Sequence record: NC_049849.1
DNA length: 64,000 bases
Direction: 5' to 3' (one strand)
Shown here: positions 44,012 through 52,900 of the stretch, one piece after another
How positions within the stretch are numbered: position 1 is the stretch's first letter
Layout: every line of letters begins with the position of its first letter
Program-made: the position numbers and the translations under genes
The notes under the pieces: generated by a model
Databases searched by the model: none
What the model saw: the letters and a program-made list of their open reading frames with translations, nothing else
Told to the model about the DNA's origin: nothing

Positions 44012-44340
44012 TGCTCAGCAGCGTTCAAATCCTCTACCTGATTACGGGGCACACCGTCATCGCCAAGGTTAGCGAAGCCTACAAGACTTCTGCTATCCTC
44101 GGCGGCGACAAGCAGGTTGATCCTGACAGCATCACGCTGGAACGTCCTGTGCAAGTCACTCTGGTTCCGCATCAAGGTCAAACGATCCCGATGCCGCAGC
44201 CCTTCGGTGGTCTGTTGACCGCAGCGACGGCACGCGAAGAGTTCCAGATTTTGCGGTCTCATGTGGTTGTGTCTGTTGATGCACCCAAGGAAGTCGAAGA
44301 CCTGCATATGGAGTGGACTTCGAAAATCGCTATGCGGTAA
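44011..44340 (+). CDS. hypothetical, possible Sm/LSm-like beta-barrel
   Basis: ILYLITGHTVIAKV...ITLERPV...ILRSHVV pattern. Confidence 0.45.
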   Translation: MLSSVQILYLITGHTVIAKVSEAYKTSAILGGDKQVDPDSITLERPVQVTLVPHQGQTIPMPQPFGGLLTAATAREEFQILRSHVVVSVDAPKEVEDLHMEWTSKIAMR

Positions 44341-44356
44341 TTCCTGAAATCCAAAA

Positions 44357-44445
44357 TCGTAAATAGTAGGGTAAGCAGGGAAGTCTGCAGTCTTCCCTGT
44401 AGTACAGAATAAGTTTGCGAGTTCTGAATTCAGAAATCGTAAATA
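44357..44445 (+). promoter_or_regulatory. tandem TCGTAAATA motifs with a hairpin and a 14-bp palindrome
   Basis: Motifs at 44357 and 44437; CAGGGAAG/CTTCCCTG hairpin 44376-44399; TTCTGAATTCAGAA 44422-44435. Confidence 0.65.
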
Positions 44446-44515
44446 CATGGACAAGCGATGACCGTGAGCTTTGAATCGGTCGCATCATCCCAAACCTATA
44501 GGACAGAAACACATC

Positions 44516-45403
44516 ATGGCAAAGAACGCAAAGGCAGCAGGCAAGAAGGCGGCTGGTAAGAAGGCCGCTGGCAAGAAGCAAGTCGAGAAGAAGGTCACGA
44601 AGGCTGCTGGCAAGAAGGGCCCGGCCCCCAAGAAGCAAGCTGCGAAGAAGACGGTTGCCAAGAAGACCGTAGCCAAGAAGACGGCAGCGAAGACCCCGAA
44701 GGCTGCCAAGGCTCCACGTGGTGCGAAGGGTGGCAAGCAAGCTGTGGCAGCGTCGCAAGTTCAAGTCAACAACGGCATGCTGATGGTTCAGGTCGTCAAG
44801 AGCATCGTTGGCGACAAGATCAAGGTCACGGCCGAGTACTTCGAAGTCGACGGCGTGAAGATTCCGCGCGCTCTGGTCATCGCAGTTGCCGGCAAGGAAG
44901 TGATCTATCGCGCTTCGATCAACCTGGGCACGATTCAAGACGCCAAGACGATCAAGGGCAATCTGGTCTACACGACTGAACTGGGTCAGGTCATGATTCT
45001 GGATTCGTCGGTCGCTTCCATCGTGATCGGCAACGGTGCAGCCGCCGGTGGTGAAGCCGAAGTCGAAGAGTCGGACAGCGAAGAGTCGGATACCGAAGAC
45101 GGTGACGACGAGTCGGACAGCGACGATGAAGACGAAGCTGATTCGGATGATGAAGATTCGGACGAAGACGACGAAGACTCGGATGACGAGGACTCCGACG
45201 AAGACGACGAAGATTCTGATGATGAAGATTCGGACGAAGACTCCGATGACGAGGACGACGAAGACTCGGACGAGGATGATGAGGATTCCGACGACGAAGA
45301 CGAAGACTCCGACGACGAAGACTCGGATGATGAAGACGACGAAGACGACGAAGATTCGGACGATGACGAAGAAGACTTCGACGACGAAGATGACGACGAG
45401 TAA
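44516..45403 (+). CDS. polyampholyte protein: histone-like K/A N-terminus, small beta core, ~100-aa Asp/Glu/Ser tail
   Basis: AKAAGKKAAGKK..., then DSDDEDSDEDDE repeats; start refined to 44516. Confidence 0.8.
   Translation: MAKNAKAAGKKAAGKKAAGKKQVEKKVTKAAGKKGPAPKKQAAKKTVAKKTVAKKTAAKTPKAAKAPRGAKGGKQAVAASQVQVNNGMLMVQVVKSIVGDKIKVTAEYFEVDGVKIPRALVIAVAGKEVIYRASINLGTIQDAKTIKGNLVYTTELGQVMILDSSVASIVIGNGAAAGGEAEVEESDSEESDTEDGDDESDSDDEDEADSDDEDSDEDDEDSDDEDSDEDDEDSDDEDSDEDSDDEDDEDSDEDDEDSDDEDEDSDDEDSDDEDDEDDEDSDDDEEDFDDEDDDE
45060..45400 (+). repeat. intragenic acidic tandem repeats (DSDDE/DSDEDDE)
   Basis: Recurrent GA(T/C)TC(G/C)GA(T/C)GA(T/C)GAA units. Confidence 0.85.
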
Positions 45404-45413
45404 GCAGTAAGGT

Positions 45414-45447
45414 AAAAGGTTGACGGGTTAAAATCCGTCAACCTTTT
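45414..45447 (+). terminator. rho-independent terminator (bidirectional-looking)
   Basis: AAAAGGTTGACGG / CCGTCAACCTTTT perfect 13-bp stem. Confidence 0.8.
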
Positions 45448-45463
45448 CGTCATTGAGGAAACT

Positions 45464-45754
45464 ATGGATTCCGAAAAAGACCATTTGGCGTTGTACAGTC
45501 ACGACTGCTTGTCGTGCGGGCACCTGGTTCAAGGCGCGCCGACCAAGCACACGAAGTGCCACGCTACCAAGGGTAACAAGCTCTGTCCTGCCAACGACGT
45601 GGTGATAGTCATTACCGGCAAGATCGACCAGTTGGTTGCCAAACTCAAGAAGGCGCGTAAAGCAAAAGACGCGCAGGCAGAAGCCAAGCTGTGGTCCAAG
45701 GTTGTCAAGGAACCGGCCGCAGTACAGCAGCGTATCTACGACCTGCTGGCATAA
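45464..45754 (+). CDS. small Cys-rich protein
   Basis: CLSC...C...C; GAGG RBS. Confidence 0.6.
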   Translation: MDSEKDHLALYSHDCLSCGHLVQGAPTKHTKCHATKGNKLCPANDVVIVITGKIDQLVAKLKKARKAKDAQAEAKLWSKVVKEPAAVQQRIYDLLA

Positions 45755-45766
45755 CAGGAGCGTTAA

Positions 45767-46441
45767 TTGGAAAAAGCAGATATCGGACTTATCAAGTATC
45801 GGCAGTGGTTGATCCCGGCTGGTGGCAAGTCCTATCAGAAGCTGGTTGACCTTGGCTTCCCGATTACTCGGATTCACGAAGACAGCCAAGAGCTTCTGAG
45901 CTACGCCCTAAAGAAAAAGGGTATGACCGCAAAGGTCACGAAGTTTCAAAAGGTCCTGTCCAAGTTTCAGGACGAAGTGTGCGAATGGTGGATGAGTCGT
46001 GATCCTGAACGCCGCGAGTGCCGGTTCGAAAAGAAGGCCTGGGTGTTCAAGACCACGAAGAAAAGCGCGAGCGTCAAAGGCTTGAAGGACGCAGAGCGCC
46101 TGAAAAGCAAGCTCGAAGACTTTCTGCGACGCTGGGGTTTCATCGCAACAGCAACGGTATCCGAAGCGCACGGTCTGGTGAAGGTGCAATGCGCTATCGC
46201 ATTCTCCGAGAAGCCTCCGGTCATCACGGTCAAGGACACGCCGAACGAAGCGCCGCGCAAAATCCTGCAATTCGGATTCACGCGGTTTGTGTCGTGGACG
46301 ATTCACGGCAAGTTCCATTGGCGGTTGGAAACGCAGACTGGAACCGAGTGGGTGTTCTTGAAAGAGGGCAGCTGCCTGGTCACCGAAGTGTGCGATCCTA
46401 CCGAGCATCTTAAGTCTCTCATGGAGGTCTTCAATGTCTAA
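45767..46441 (+). CDS. hypothetical protein
   Basis: AGGAG RBS, TTG start. Confidence 0.55.
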   Translation: MEKADIGLIKYRQWLIPAGGKSYQKLVDLGFPITRIHEDSQELLSYALKKKGMTAKVTKFQKVLSKFQDEVCEWWMSRDPERRECRFEKKAWVFKTTKKSASVKGLKDAERLKSKLEDFLRRWGFIATATVSEAHGLVKVQCAIAFSEKPPVITVKDTPNEAPRKILQFGFTRFVSWTIHGKFHWRLETQTGTEWVFLKEGSCLVTEVCDPTEHLKSLMEVFNV

Positions 46442-46643
46442 CGAAGCGAAGCCTGACGAAGACGTGCCCGGCAAGGGTTGGATGTGCTACGAGTCGCCGG
46501 AGATTGTGGGCATCGTTCACTCCAAGCTTTCCGGTACAGGCAAGACTGAGGTGTCTGTCTACAATCGGAACACTGGCGAAACGCGATACGTTGAACATGG
46601 CAGCGCCGAGTGGCACGAGAAAATGCGCGCCTTGGGCGGCTAA
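46434..46643 (+). CDS. hypothetical protein
   Basis: GGAGG RBS. Confidence 0.55.
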   Translation: MSNEAKPDEDVPGKGWMCYESPEIVGIVHSKLSGTGKTEVSVYNRNTGETRYVEHGSAEWHEKMRALGG

Positions 46644-46659
46644 CTAACGAAGGAATCTA

Positions 46660-48678
46660 ATGGCAAGGAAATCAGCCAAGCAAGAGGGCTTCGTCATTGC
46701 AGAGGGGTTGGATGGTATCCGTCTCAATCCCGCAATGTACCTCGGGGCACGCGGCCCTCATATGGTGCATCGCTGCATCAAAGAAGCCTTCGATAACTCC
46801 TACGACGAGCACGTAGCAGGTCGCAATGACACCATTGAGGTTGTCATGGACTTGGACCGCAATCTGTACGCGGTGGCCGATAAAGCGGGCGGCATCCCGA
46901 CCGACTACAAGAAGTTGCAGGACGGTACGAAAGAAACGATCATGACGGCTGCGTTCACGCGAGCGCACGCCGGTGGCAAGTTCAACGACAAGTCGTACAA
47001 GACTTCGGCAGGCACCCACGGCGTGGGCGTTGCAGCAGTCAATGCGGTGTGTGAGAAGATGGTCGTTTTCTCGAACTACAATGACAAGCTGGTCCGTCAG
47101 GAGTTCTCTAAGGGCAAGATCATCGGCAAGAAAGACCCGGTCGGTGTGAAGGCGATTGACAAGGACTTCCAAGGCTTGCTGTTGGAGAAGACTTCGAAGT
47201 ACGGCACCATCGTTTTCTTCGTGCCCGATCAAGAAATCGTTTCGGTCGATGCAGCGCGTGGCAAAGAGCTGCCGAAGAAGTACGAGAAGGCTGTGGCTGA
47301 GCCTGCATGGATTGGCAACTGGCTGCGCAACATTGCTGACCTGTACCCCGGATTGATTATCAAGTATTCGATCATGAAGAAGGGTCAGCGCAAGGACTTC
47401 ACCTTCCTGAACAAGAAAGGTATCGAAGTCATCCCGCGCAAGATGGCAGAGAAGAATGAGTTGGGTCTGATGGCGAAGCCGATGACTCACAAGTCGGACT
47501 TCATCACGTTGTCGATTCAGTGGTCCGATCATACTGATACCGATATGTTCCTGTCGTTTGTGAACGCAAGCCCGACCATCGAGCACGGCACACATATGCA
47601 AGGCTTGCGTGACGCGATGTTCCAGGCGGTCAAGCCGTTCGCGCCGACACCGAAGAAGAATCAGAAGGGTTCGGGGTTCTCGGGCAACGATCTGCTGATT
47701 GGTCTGCTCGGTATGTTTGAATGGCGTATGCACGGTGCCACGTACACGTCGCAGATTAAGGACAAGCTGGACTCCAAGGTCGACCGCGAAGTCTACAATG
47801 AACTCCTGCCGGTCTTCGAAGCCTACTTCAAGAAAAACCCTGGCGTCCCGAAGACGTTGGTCAAGCGAGCACTTGTCGTAAATAAAGGACGTGAAGAGCT
47901 GGCACGTACGGTCAAGCAGTTGGCTGATGTGAAGAAGACGCAGCGCGGTTCGGTGCTCCCGCCCAGCTTGGCTGTTGCAGAGAAGGCGGACCCGCGTCGG
48001 CGTGAGCTGTTCATTGTTGAAGGCGACTCGGCAGCGAAGACTGCGATTGATGCACGGAACTCTGACTACCAAGAGGTGTTGGCAGCAGGCGGTAAGCCTC
48101 TGAACGTGCTGAAGGCTACGCTCCCGCAAATCCTGAAGCATGAAGGCATTCAAGAGCTCATCATTTCGCTGGGCGCTGATATGAAGACCTTCAACCCGAA
48201 GGACGAGAAGCCGCAGATTTCGAGCGAGGGGTTGCGTGCCGCGCACATCATTCTGCTGGTCGATCCGGACCCCGACGGTGGACACATTGCAGTTCTCTAT
48301 CTCGCAGCGATCTATCGTTTGCTGCCAGGTCTGTTGAAGCAGGGGCGTGTGTGGTGCGTCGATGCTCCTCTGTTCGCGGGGCTGAAAGACGGCACCGTCT
48401 ACGGCGCACCAACGCTGGATGACTGCGTCAAGAAGCTGCCGAAGGGCATGACTGCAAAGGACGTGGTCCGCATCAAGGGCTGGGGTGAAGTCGATGAGAA
48501 CTGGCTGGAGCCTCTGGCGTTCGATCCAAAGAAGCGCCGACTGATCCAGATTAATCCGTTTGCTGACGCCGAGAAGGAAAAGTATTTCCGCAACATCGTT
48601 GCAGAAGATGCCAGCTACCGCCGACAACTCCTAGGTTTGGGTGACGATGATGCTCAAGAAGAAAGTCAAGAAAGTTAA
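46660..48678 (+). CDS. gyrB: type IIA topoisomerase subunit B (GyrB/ParE-like)
   Basis: EAFDNSYDE, DKAGGIP, HAGGKF, GTHGVG, ELFIVEGDSA, GGKPLN, DPDPDGGHI. Confidence 0.93.
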   Translation: MARKSAKQEGFVIAEGLDGIRLNPAMYLGARGPHMVHRCIKEAFDNSYDEHVAGRNDTIEVVMDLDRNLYAVADKAGGIPTDYKKLQDGTKETIMTAAFTRAHAGGKFNDKSYKTSAGTHGVGVAAVNAVCEKMVVFSNYNDKLVRQEFSKGKIIGKKDPVGVKAIDKDFQGLLLEKTSKYGTIVFFVPDQEIVSVDAARGKELPKKYEKAVAEPAWIGNWLRNIADLYPGLIIKYSIMKKGQRKDFTFLNKKGIEVIPRKMAEKNELGLMAKPMTHKSDFITLSIQWSDHTDTDMFLSFVNASPTIEHGTHMQGLRDAMFQAVKPFAPTPKKNQKGSGFSGNDLLIGLLGMFEWRMHGATYTSQIKDKLDSKVDREVYNELLPVFEAYFKKNPGVPKTLVKRALVVNKGREELARTVKQLADVKKTQRGSVLPPSLAVAEKADPRRRELFIVEGDSAAKTAIDARNSDYQEVLAAGGKPLNVLKATLPQILKHEGIQELIISLGADMKTFNPKDEKPQISSEGLRAAHIILLVDPDPDGGHIAVLYLAAIYRLLPGLLKQGRVWCVDAPLFAGLKDGTVYGAPTLDDCVKKLPKGMTAKDVVRIKGWGEVDENWLEPLAFDPKKRRLIQINPFADAEKEKYFRNIVAEDASYRRQLLGLGDDDAQEESQES

Positions 48679-50263
48679 GAAGGCCACCGGCCTACGGATG
48701 AGCGCAGTAGATGCGACTGAGGTTACAGTCAACGTTGACAAGATGCTCGCGGCCAACGTCGATAAGATCGCGGCTGATGAGTTCGCAGCACGTGCACTTC
48801 GGACTTACGGTTCGTACGTGGTCGAGGATCGCGCAATCCCTGACTACCGCGATGGGTTGAAGCCCAGTCACCGTGCGATCATTTGGGCGTTGGACGGCAT
48901 CAACCTGCGTCCGAATGCCAAGCACAAGAAGTCGGCACGGGCCGTCGGCGATGCAATGGGCAAGTTCCATCCGCACGGCGACTCTGGTCTATATACCGCA
49001 ATGGAAACGCTGGTCAATACGATCCCGCCATCCATTGACGGTCAAGGCAACTGGGGCACGCCGATCAACATGGCGGCAGCGCAGCGGTACACCGAGGCCA
49101 AGATGAGCAAGTTCACTCACTTGTTCCTGTTGGACAAAGAGTACCTGCAAGTCGTGCCGAAGGTTCAGAACTATTCGGGTGATGAAGTCTGGCCGGTCTA
49201 TCTGCCTGCGTTGCTTCCCTACATTCTGTTCAACGGGGGCACTCCGCCTCCCGCGTATGGCGTGAAGGCAGGCAATCCGTCGTTCAGTTTCGACTCGGTG
49301 TCGAAGATCGTTACCGCAATGCTGCGTGGCGAGAAGTACGACGCCAAGCGACTGTCGAAGGAACTGCAGCTGTTCCACAACTTCGGATGCGAGCCGGTCA
49401 TCACGAAGGATGAGTACTTGCAGTTCATGGCGACTGGCAAGGGTTCAGTGAAGTATCGTGGCGTCGTGAACACTGATCCGAAAAAGAAGATCATTCACAT
49501 CACGACGTTTGTACCGAACGGGTTTGCATCGACCAACGGCATTGAGAAAGCGCTGAACAACATTGCCGAACTGAAGGGCGTCAAGCGTGCGTTCTCCAAG
49601 CAAGGTAAGAAGTCGCCAGGCTCTGGTCCGTACGGCGCGCTGTACGTGATTGAATGTCAGAAGTCGATCAAGGACTCCGAGTTTCAAAAGATCGTCGAGA
49701 AGGTCAAGCAGCAAGTCACCAACTCGGTGCCGTATCGACTGGGCGTGACGGTTCGTTCCAAGACTGAAGAAACCGAATTCAAGTATCTGAACTTCGTGCA
49801 GTTCTTCCAGGCATGGGTGAACTATCGAGTGAAGCTTGAGGTGCGGCTCATCAAGCACTTGATCGCCAAGGTGGAGCGTGAGCTCTACATCAATCGCGTG
49901 TATCTCTACGCGGTTGAGCACATGAAGGAAATTCTTGCGGCGTTGCCCAAGGTGTTGGTCAAGGATGATCCGAACACTGCACTGAGCAAGGCACTCAAGA
50001 TTCCGCTCGAAGATGCGACCATCATCCTCGACCGAAAGGTACGACAACTCGCAAAGCTGGAAGCCGCGGCGCTGAAGGCAAAGATCAAGGAGCTAGAGAC
50101 CGAACTCAAGACCCTAAAGACTGACTTGAAGAAGCCCGGAGAACGCGCAGCACGCGATACAGAGCAGCGCGTGGCGTCGTATCTGAAGGCACCGGACTCC
50201 ACGAACTCGGGTATCCCGGTTGTTGTAAAAACGCAACAAACGAAGAAAATCAAGAAATCGTAA
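48641..50263 (+). CDS. gyrA: type IIA topoisomerase subunit A (GyrA/ParC-like, no C-terminal pinwheel)
   Basis: RAIPDYRDGLKP, KKSARAVG, HPHGD, catalytic AAQRYTE; the start may be 48647 or 48650. Confidence 0.92.
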   Translation: MTMMLKKKVKKVKKATGLRMSAVDATEVTVNVDKMLAANVDKIAADEFAARALRTYGSYVVEDRAIPDYRDGLKPSHRAIIWALDGINLRPNAKHKKSARAVGDAMGKFHPHGDSGLYTAMETLVNTIPPSIDGQGNWGTPINMAAAQRYTEAKMSKFTHLFLLDKEYLQVVPKVQNYSGDEVWPVYLPALLPYILFNGGTPPPAYGVKAGNPSFSFDSVSKIVTAMLRGEKYDAKRLSKELQLFHNFGCEPVITKDEYLQFMATGKGSVKYRGVVNTDPKKKIIHITTFVPNGFASTNGIEKALNNIAELKGVKRAFSKQGKKSPGSGPYGALYVIECQKSIKDSEFQKIVEKVKQQVTNSVPYRLGVTVRSKTEETEFKYLNFVQFFQAWVNYRVKLEVRLIKHLIAKVERELYINRVYLYAVEHMKEILAALPKVLVKDDPNTALSKALKIPLEDATIILDRKVRQLAKLEAAALKAKIKELETELKTLKTDLKKPGERAARDTEQRVASYLKAPDSTNSGIPVVVKTQQTKKIKKS

Positions 50264-50273
50264 ATCGTAAATA
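50258..50273 (+). promoter_or_regulatory. overlapping double TCGTAAAT(A) motif upstream of the histone-like gene
   Basis: TCGTAAATCGTAAATA at the gyrA stop. Confidence 0.6.
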
Positions 50274-50402
50274 TCCTGTATAATCGTCATGCGCAGTTTG
50301 CGACATTTTGAAACGCAAATTCCGCATGGCACAATTTCATTTCGTTCAATCGAACGAATCTATCCCGCGAATCATTCGCACCTTCCCTCTAGGAAAAATA
50401 AA

Positions 50403-50864
50403 ATGTCGAACATCGTTAAGCAAGTCGCCGAAGTCACGAAAGCTGCCAAGGCTCTGGAAAAGCAACTGAAGGCCGCTACCAAGCGCGCCGACAAGGCTGA
50501 GAAGACTGTCGAGAAGCTGGAAGCAAAGCTCGAAGGCAAGAGCGGCAAGGCTGCGAAGAAGACCAAGGCCGAAAAGCCCGCGAAGGCTGCCAAGGTCAAG
50601 AAGGAAAAGGCCGAGAAGCCCGCCAAGGCCAAGAAGGAAAAGGCTGGCAAGGCTGAGAAGGTTGCCAAGAAGGAAAAGGTCGCCAAGGTCAAGAAGGCTG
50701 ACAAGGCCGCGAAGCCTGCGAAGGGTGACAAGAAGGCCAAGGCTGACAAGGCCGGTAAGGCTGAGAAGGCGAACAAGAAGGCCGACAAGGCAGCCAAGGC
50801 TGGCAAGAAGGAAAAGAAGTCCAAGAAGAACGATGATGACGACTCGTTCACGCTGGGCAACTAA
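50403..50864 (+). CDS. histone H1-like Lys/Ala-rich protein with N-terminal coiled coil
   Basis: Repeated EKPAKA/KAGKAEK units; AGGAAAA RBS; start refined. Confidence 0.75.
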   Translation: MSNIVKQVAEVTKAAKALEKQLKAATKRADKAEKTVEKLEAKLEGKSGKAAKKTKAEKPAKAAKVKKEKAEKPAKAKKEKAGKAEKVAKKEKVAKVKKADKAAKPAKGDKKAKADKAGKAEKANKKADKAAKAGKKEKKSKKNDDDDSFTLGN

Positions 50865-50870
50865 GTAAAC

Positions 50871-50904
50871 AAGGGGTGGAGGCGATAGAGTCTCCACCCT
50901 TTTT
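50871..50904 (+). terminator. rho-independent terminator
   Basis: GGGTGGAG / CTCCACCC stem plus TTTTT. Confidence 0.75.
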
Positions 50905-50926
50905 GTCATTTAACGAGGACGCGCCA

Positions 50927-51895
50927 ATGAGCAAACGTGAAATTTCCAACTTTGACAAACTCCAAGCGAAGCAGGGTCTTGCTGCTAAGAACCTTTCGCA
51001 GATGAGCAAGATTTCTGACTACGGCACGAGCACCGAGACCGAAGACAAGTTCCTGGCTGCTAATCGTACGAAGGCAGAAGCCACGTTGACCAAGCTGCGC
51101 AAGACCCGCGCATTCGTTCAGGCAACTCTTACCAAGGTATCGACATTGCCTCTGCTGGAAAGCAAGCATGAGCGCATGATCGTCCTGTCCGGCGTTCACA
51201 AGAAACTGGAAGCCGCACGAGCACAACCGCTACCCACTTCGGTGCGTGGCAAGTTCAATATGTTCTGCAATGAAGTCGCGAGTTTGAAGGACGGTGTGTT
51301 TTCGGAAATCGTGGACAAGCGCGAAATGACAGTACTCGGTGGAACCGAACTGCTGGCTACCATCGACAACTCGATCAGCCGGCAAGAAGCGCGCCTGCAA
51401 CAAGCCGATGTGACTGCCGCGTCTGAGCATGACACCGAGAAGGCGTACCAACGAGCCGCAGAAATCATCAACAACAATCGCAAGGAAGCAGATCGTCTTG
51501 ATTCGATCAAGAACCGTGAGTTCGTCGTGGCTCGTGCGCCCATCGTTGCGATGACTCAAACCCCGCTGTCGGTTGCAAAGCTGAAGCACGCAGGCATTGC
51601 GGCTGAGGACGTTTCGGGATATCCGATGGTTCGCAACCAGTTGGTCCTGGGTATCAACAAGGAAGCGCTGGAAAGCCCGACCTCGAAGCGCAAGATGAAA
51701 CCCGAAGACGCTGCAGCCGAACTGCTGAAGTCGATCAGCGCTTCCATGAATGAGAAGGTTCAGTTCGTCACCGAGAAGCCGTACCCGTACAAAGGTGCGC
51801 TGTGGTACTGGATCGGAACCACGTACGAAATCAATGCACTGATGAAGGCTGCCGGCGGACGCTTGGTGATGAATCGCTGGGGCTTTGCATTCTAA
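50927..51895 (+). CDS. hypothetical protein
   Basis: GAGG RBS; 322 aa; start refined. Confidence 0.65.
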   Translation: MSKREISNFDKLQAKQGLAAKNLSQMSKISDYGTSTETEDKFLAANRTKAEATLTKLRKTRAFVQATLTKVSTLPLLESKHERMIVLSGVHKKLEAARAQPLPTSVRGKFNMFCNEVASLKDGVFSEIVDKREMTVLGGTELLATIDNSISRQEARLQQADVTAASEHDTEKAYQRAAEIINNNRKEADRLDSIKNREFVVARAPIVAMTQTPLSVAKLKHAGIAAEDVSGYPMVRNQLVLGINKEALESPTSKRKMKPEDAAAELLKSISASMNEKVQFVTEKPYPYKGALWYWIGTTYEINALMKAAGGRLVMNRWGFAF

Positions 51896-51905
51896 GGGGT
51901 ACGGC

Positions 51906-52433
51906 ATGGTATTGAATCATTTGTTTGTCACTCCTACAGTCGAGACGCTGAAGCACCTTACGGACATGATGGCCGCAACGCCCATCCACGGCCTCGATCT
52001 TTCGAACTTGCGTGTCACCCTGTTCATCAGCCCGGATGAAATCGAAGCCGAGCCCACCAAGGTGTACAGCGCTACTCCGGGATCGTTGGTGCTGCAGCAT
52101 GATGCAGAAGTTGATGGAACGTCGTTGGTCATGCCTCTCGCCAGTGACTCCATGTATATGGCGAATCGTCAGCTTCAGGAAGGCGGCACCGAGCCCGCAT
52201 TTTTTGGTGGTTGGTATCTCCCGTACATGAAGCTGGTACGAGCACTGCCTCCTATGCGCCGCAACATCCGTGCTTGGATCAACTCCATCAGCACGACGCT
52301 GTACACGTATCAAGAGCCTCTGTATTTCACGAATGAACAAGTCGTGGCAGAGGAGTTCACTGCAATCCCCGACTATTACTACATGGTCGATACGATGCGC
52401 GCTGCCGGTATCGAAACGAAGAATATGCTATGA
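51906..52433 (+). CDS. 2H-phosphoesterase-fold protein (T4 57B/Acb1-like), catalytic histidines apparently lost
   Basis: LRVTL and YLPYMKL at the positions of the two HxT motifs; DGTSLVMPLAS segment is similar to 57B DGSVLVLVLDS. Confidence 0.5.
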   Translation: MVLNHLFVTPTVETLKHLTDMMAATPIHGLDLSNLRVTLFISPDEIEAEPTKVYSATPGSLVLQHDAEVDGTSLVMPLASDSMYMANRQLQEGGTEPAFFGGWYLPYMKLVRALPPMRRNIRAWINSISTTLYTYQEPLYFTNEQVVAEEFTAIPDYYYMVDTMRAAGIETKNML

Positions 52434-52900
52434 TCTTCGCCACGATCACGCTCCCACATTGCTGGGTGTGCGGCGCACGCTTTAATGACCTGCCGGACAA
52501 TCCGGGTAGCGCGATGCGAGAAGAGCATCACGTCGTACCAAGGGCAGCCGGTGGGGCAGACGGTCCAACCGTGAGCCTGTGTGAGACACATCACCAGATG
52601 CTCCACAAAGTTTCAGCTGGTAAGGAACCCCGGCGCTATTTATTCCACCCATTGATTCAGGCATTACCCAGCAAAGAGCAGCAACAAAAGGTCGTCTATT
52701 TGGCCACCGTTGCACACAACGCCTTCGCTGCTACCAAGGACGATCCCAACAAGAAGCGCAGAGTTGAGGTCGGGCTTGATGCACAAACTCAGCAGATGCT
52801 AGACCAGCTGCGAGCGATCTACAAGAAAGGTAACGAGGCACTGCTCAAGCACGCCTTGGCCGAACTACACAAGCGCCATTTCCTAAAGAGGACACAATGA
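52430..52900 (+). CDS. HNH endonuclease
   Basis: CWVC...EEHHVVPRAAGG...SLCETHHQMLH. Confidence 0.8.
   Translation: MIFATITLPHCWVCGARFNDLPDNPGSAMREEHHVVPRAAGGADGPTVSLCETHHQMLHKVSAGKEPRRYLFHPLIQALPSKEQQQKVVYLATVAHNAFAATKDDPNKKRRVEVGLDAQTQQMLDQLRAIYKKGNEALLKHALAELHKRHFLKRTQ

Noticed and set aside
46672-48627. 651-aa minus-strand ORF (also 8304..9344, 19095..20324, 12102..13049, 28622..29419 and many others)
   Set aside because: These are antisense shadows of strongly codon-biased + strand genes (gyrB, polA, tgt, recA). They have no motifs or RBS, and all credible genes are on +.
50289-50402. N-terminal extension of the histone-like ORF (start 50289)
   Set aside because: The region is a structured leader (TTCGTTC/GAACGAA hairpin) after the promoter motif, and the RBS supports ATG 50403.
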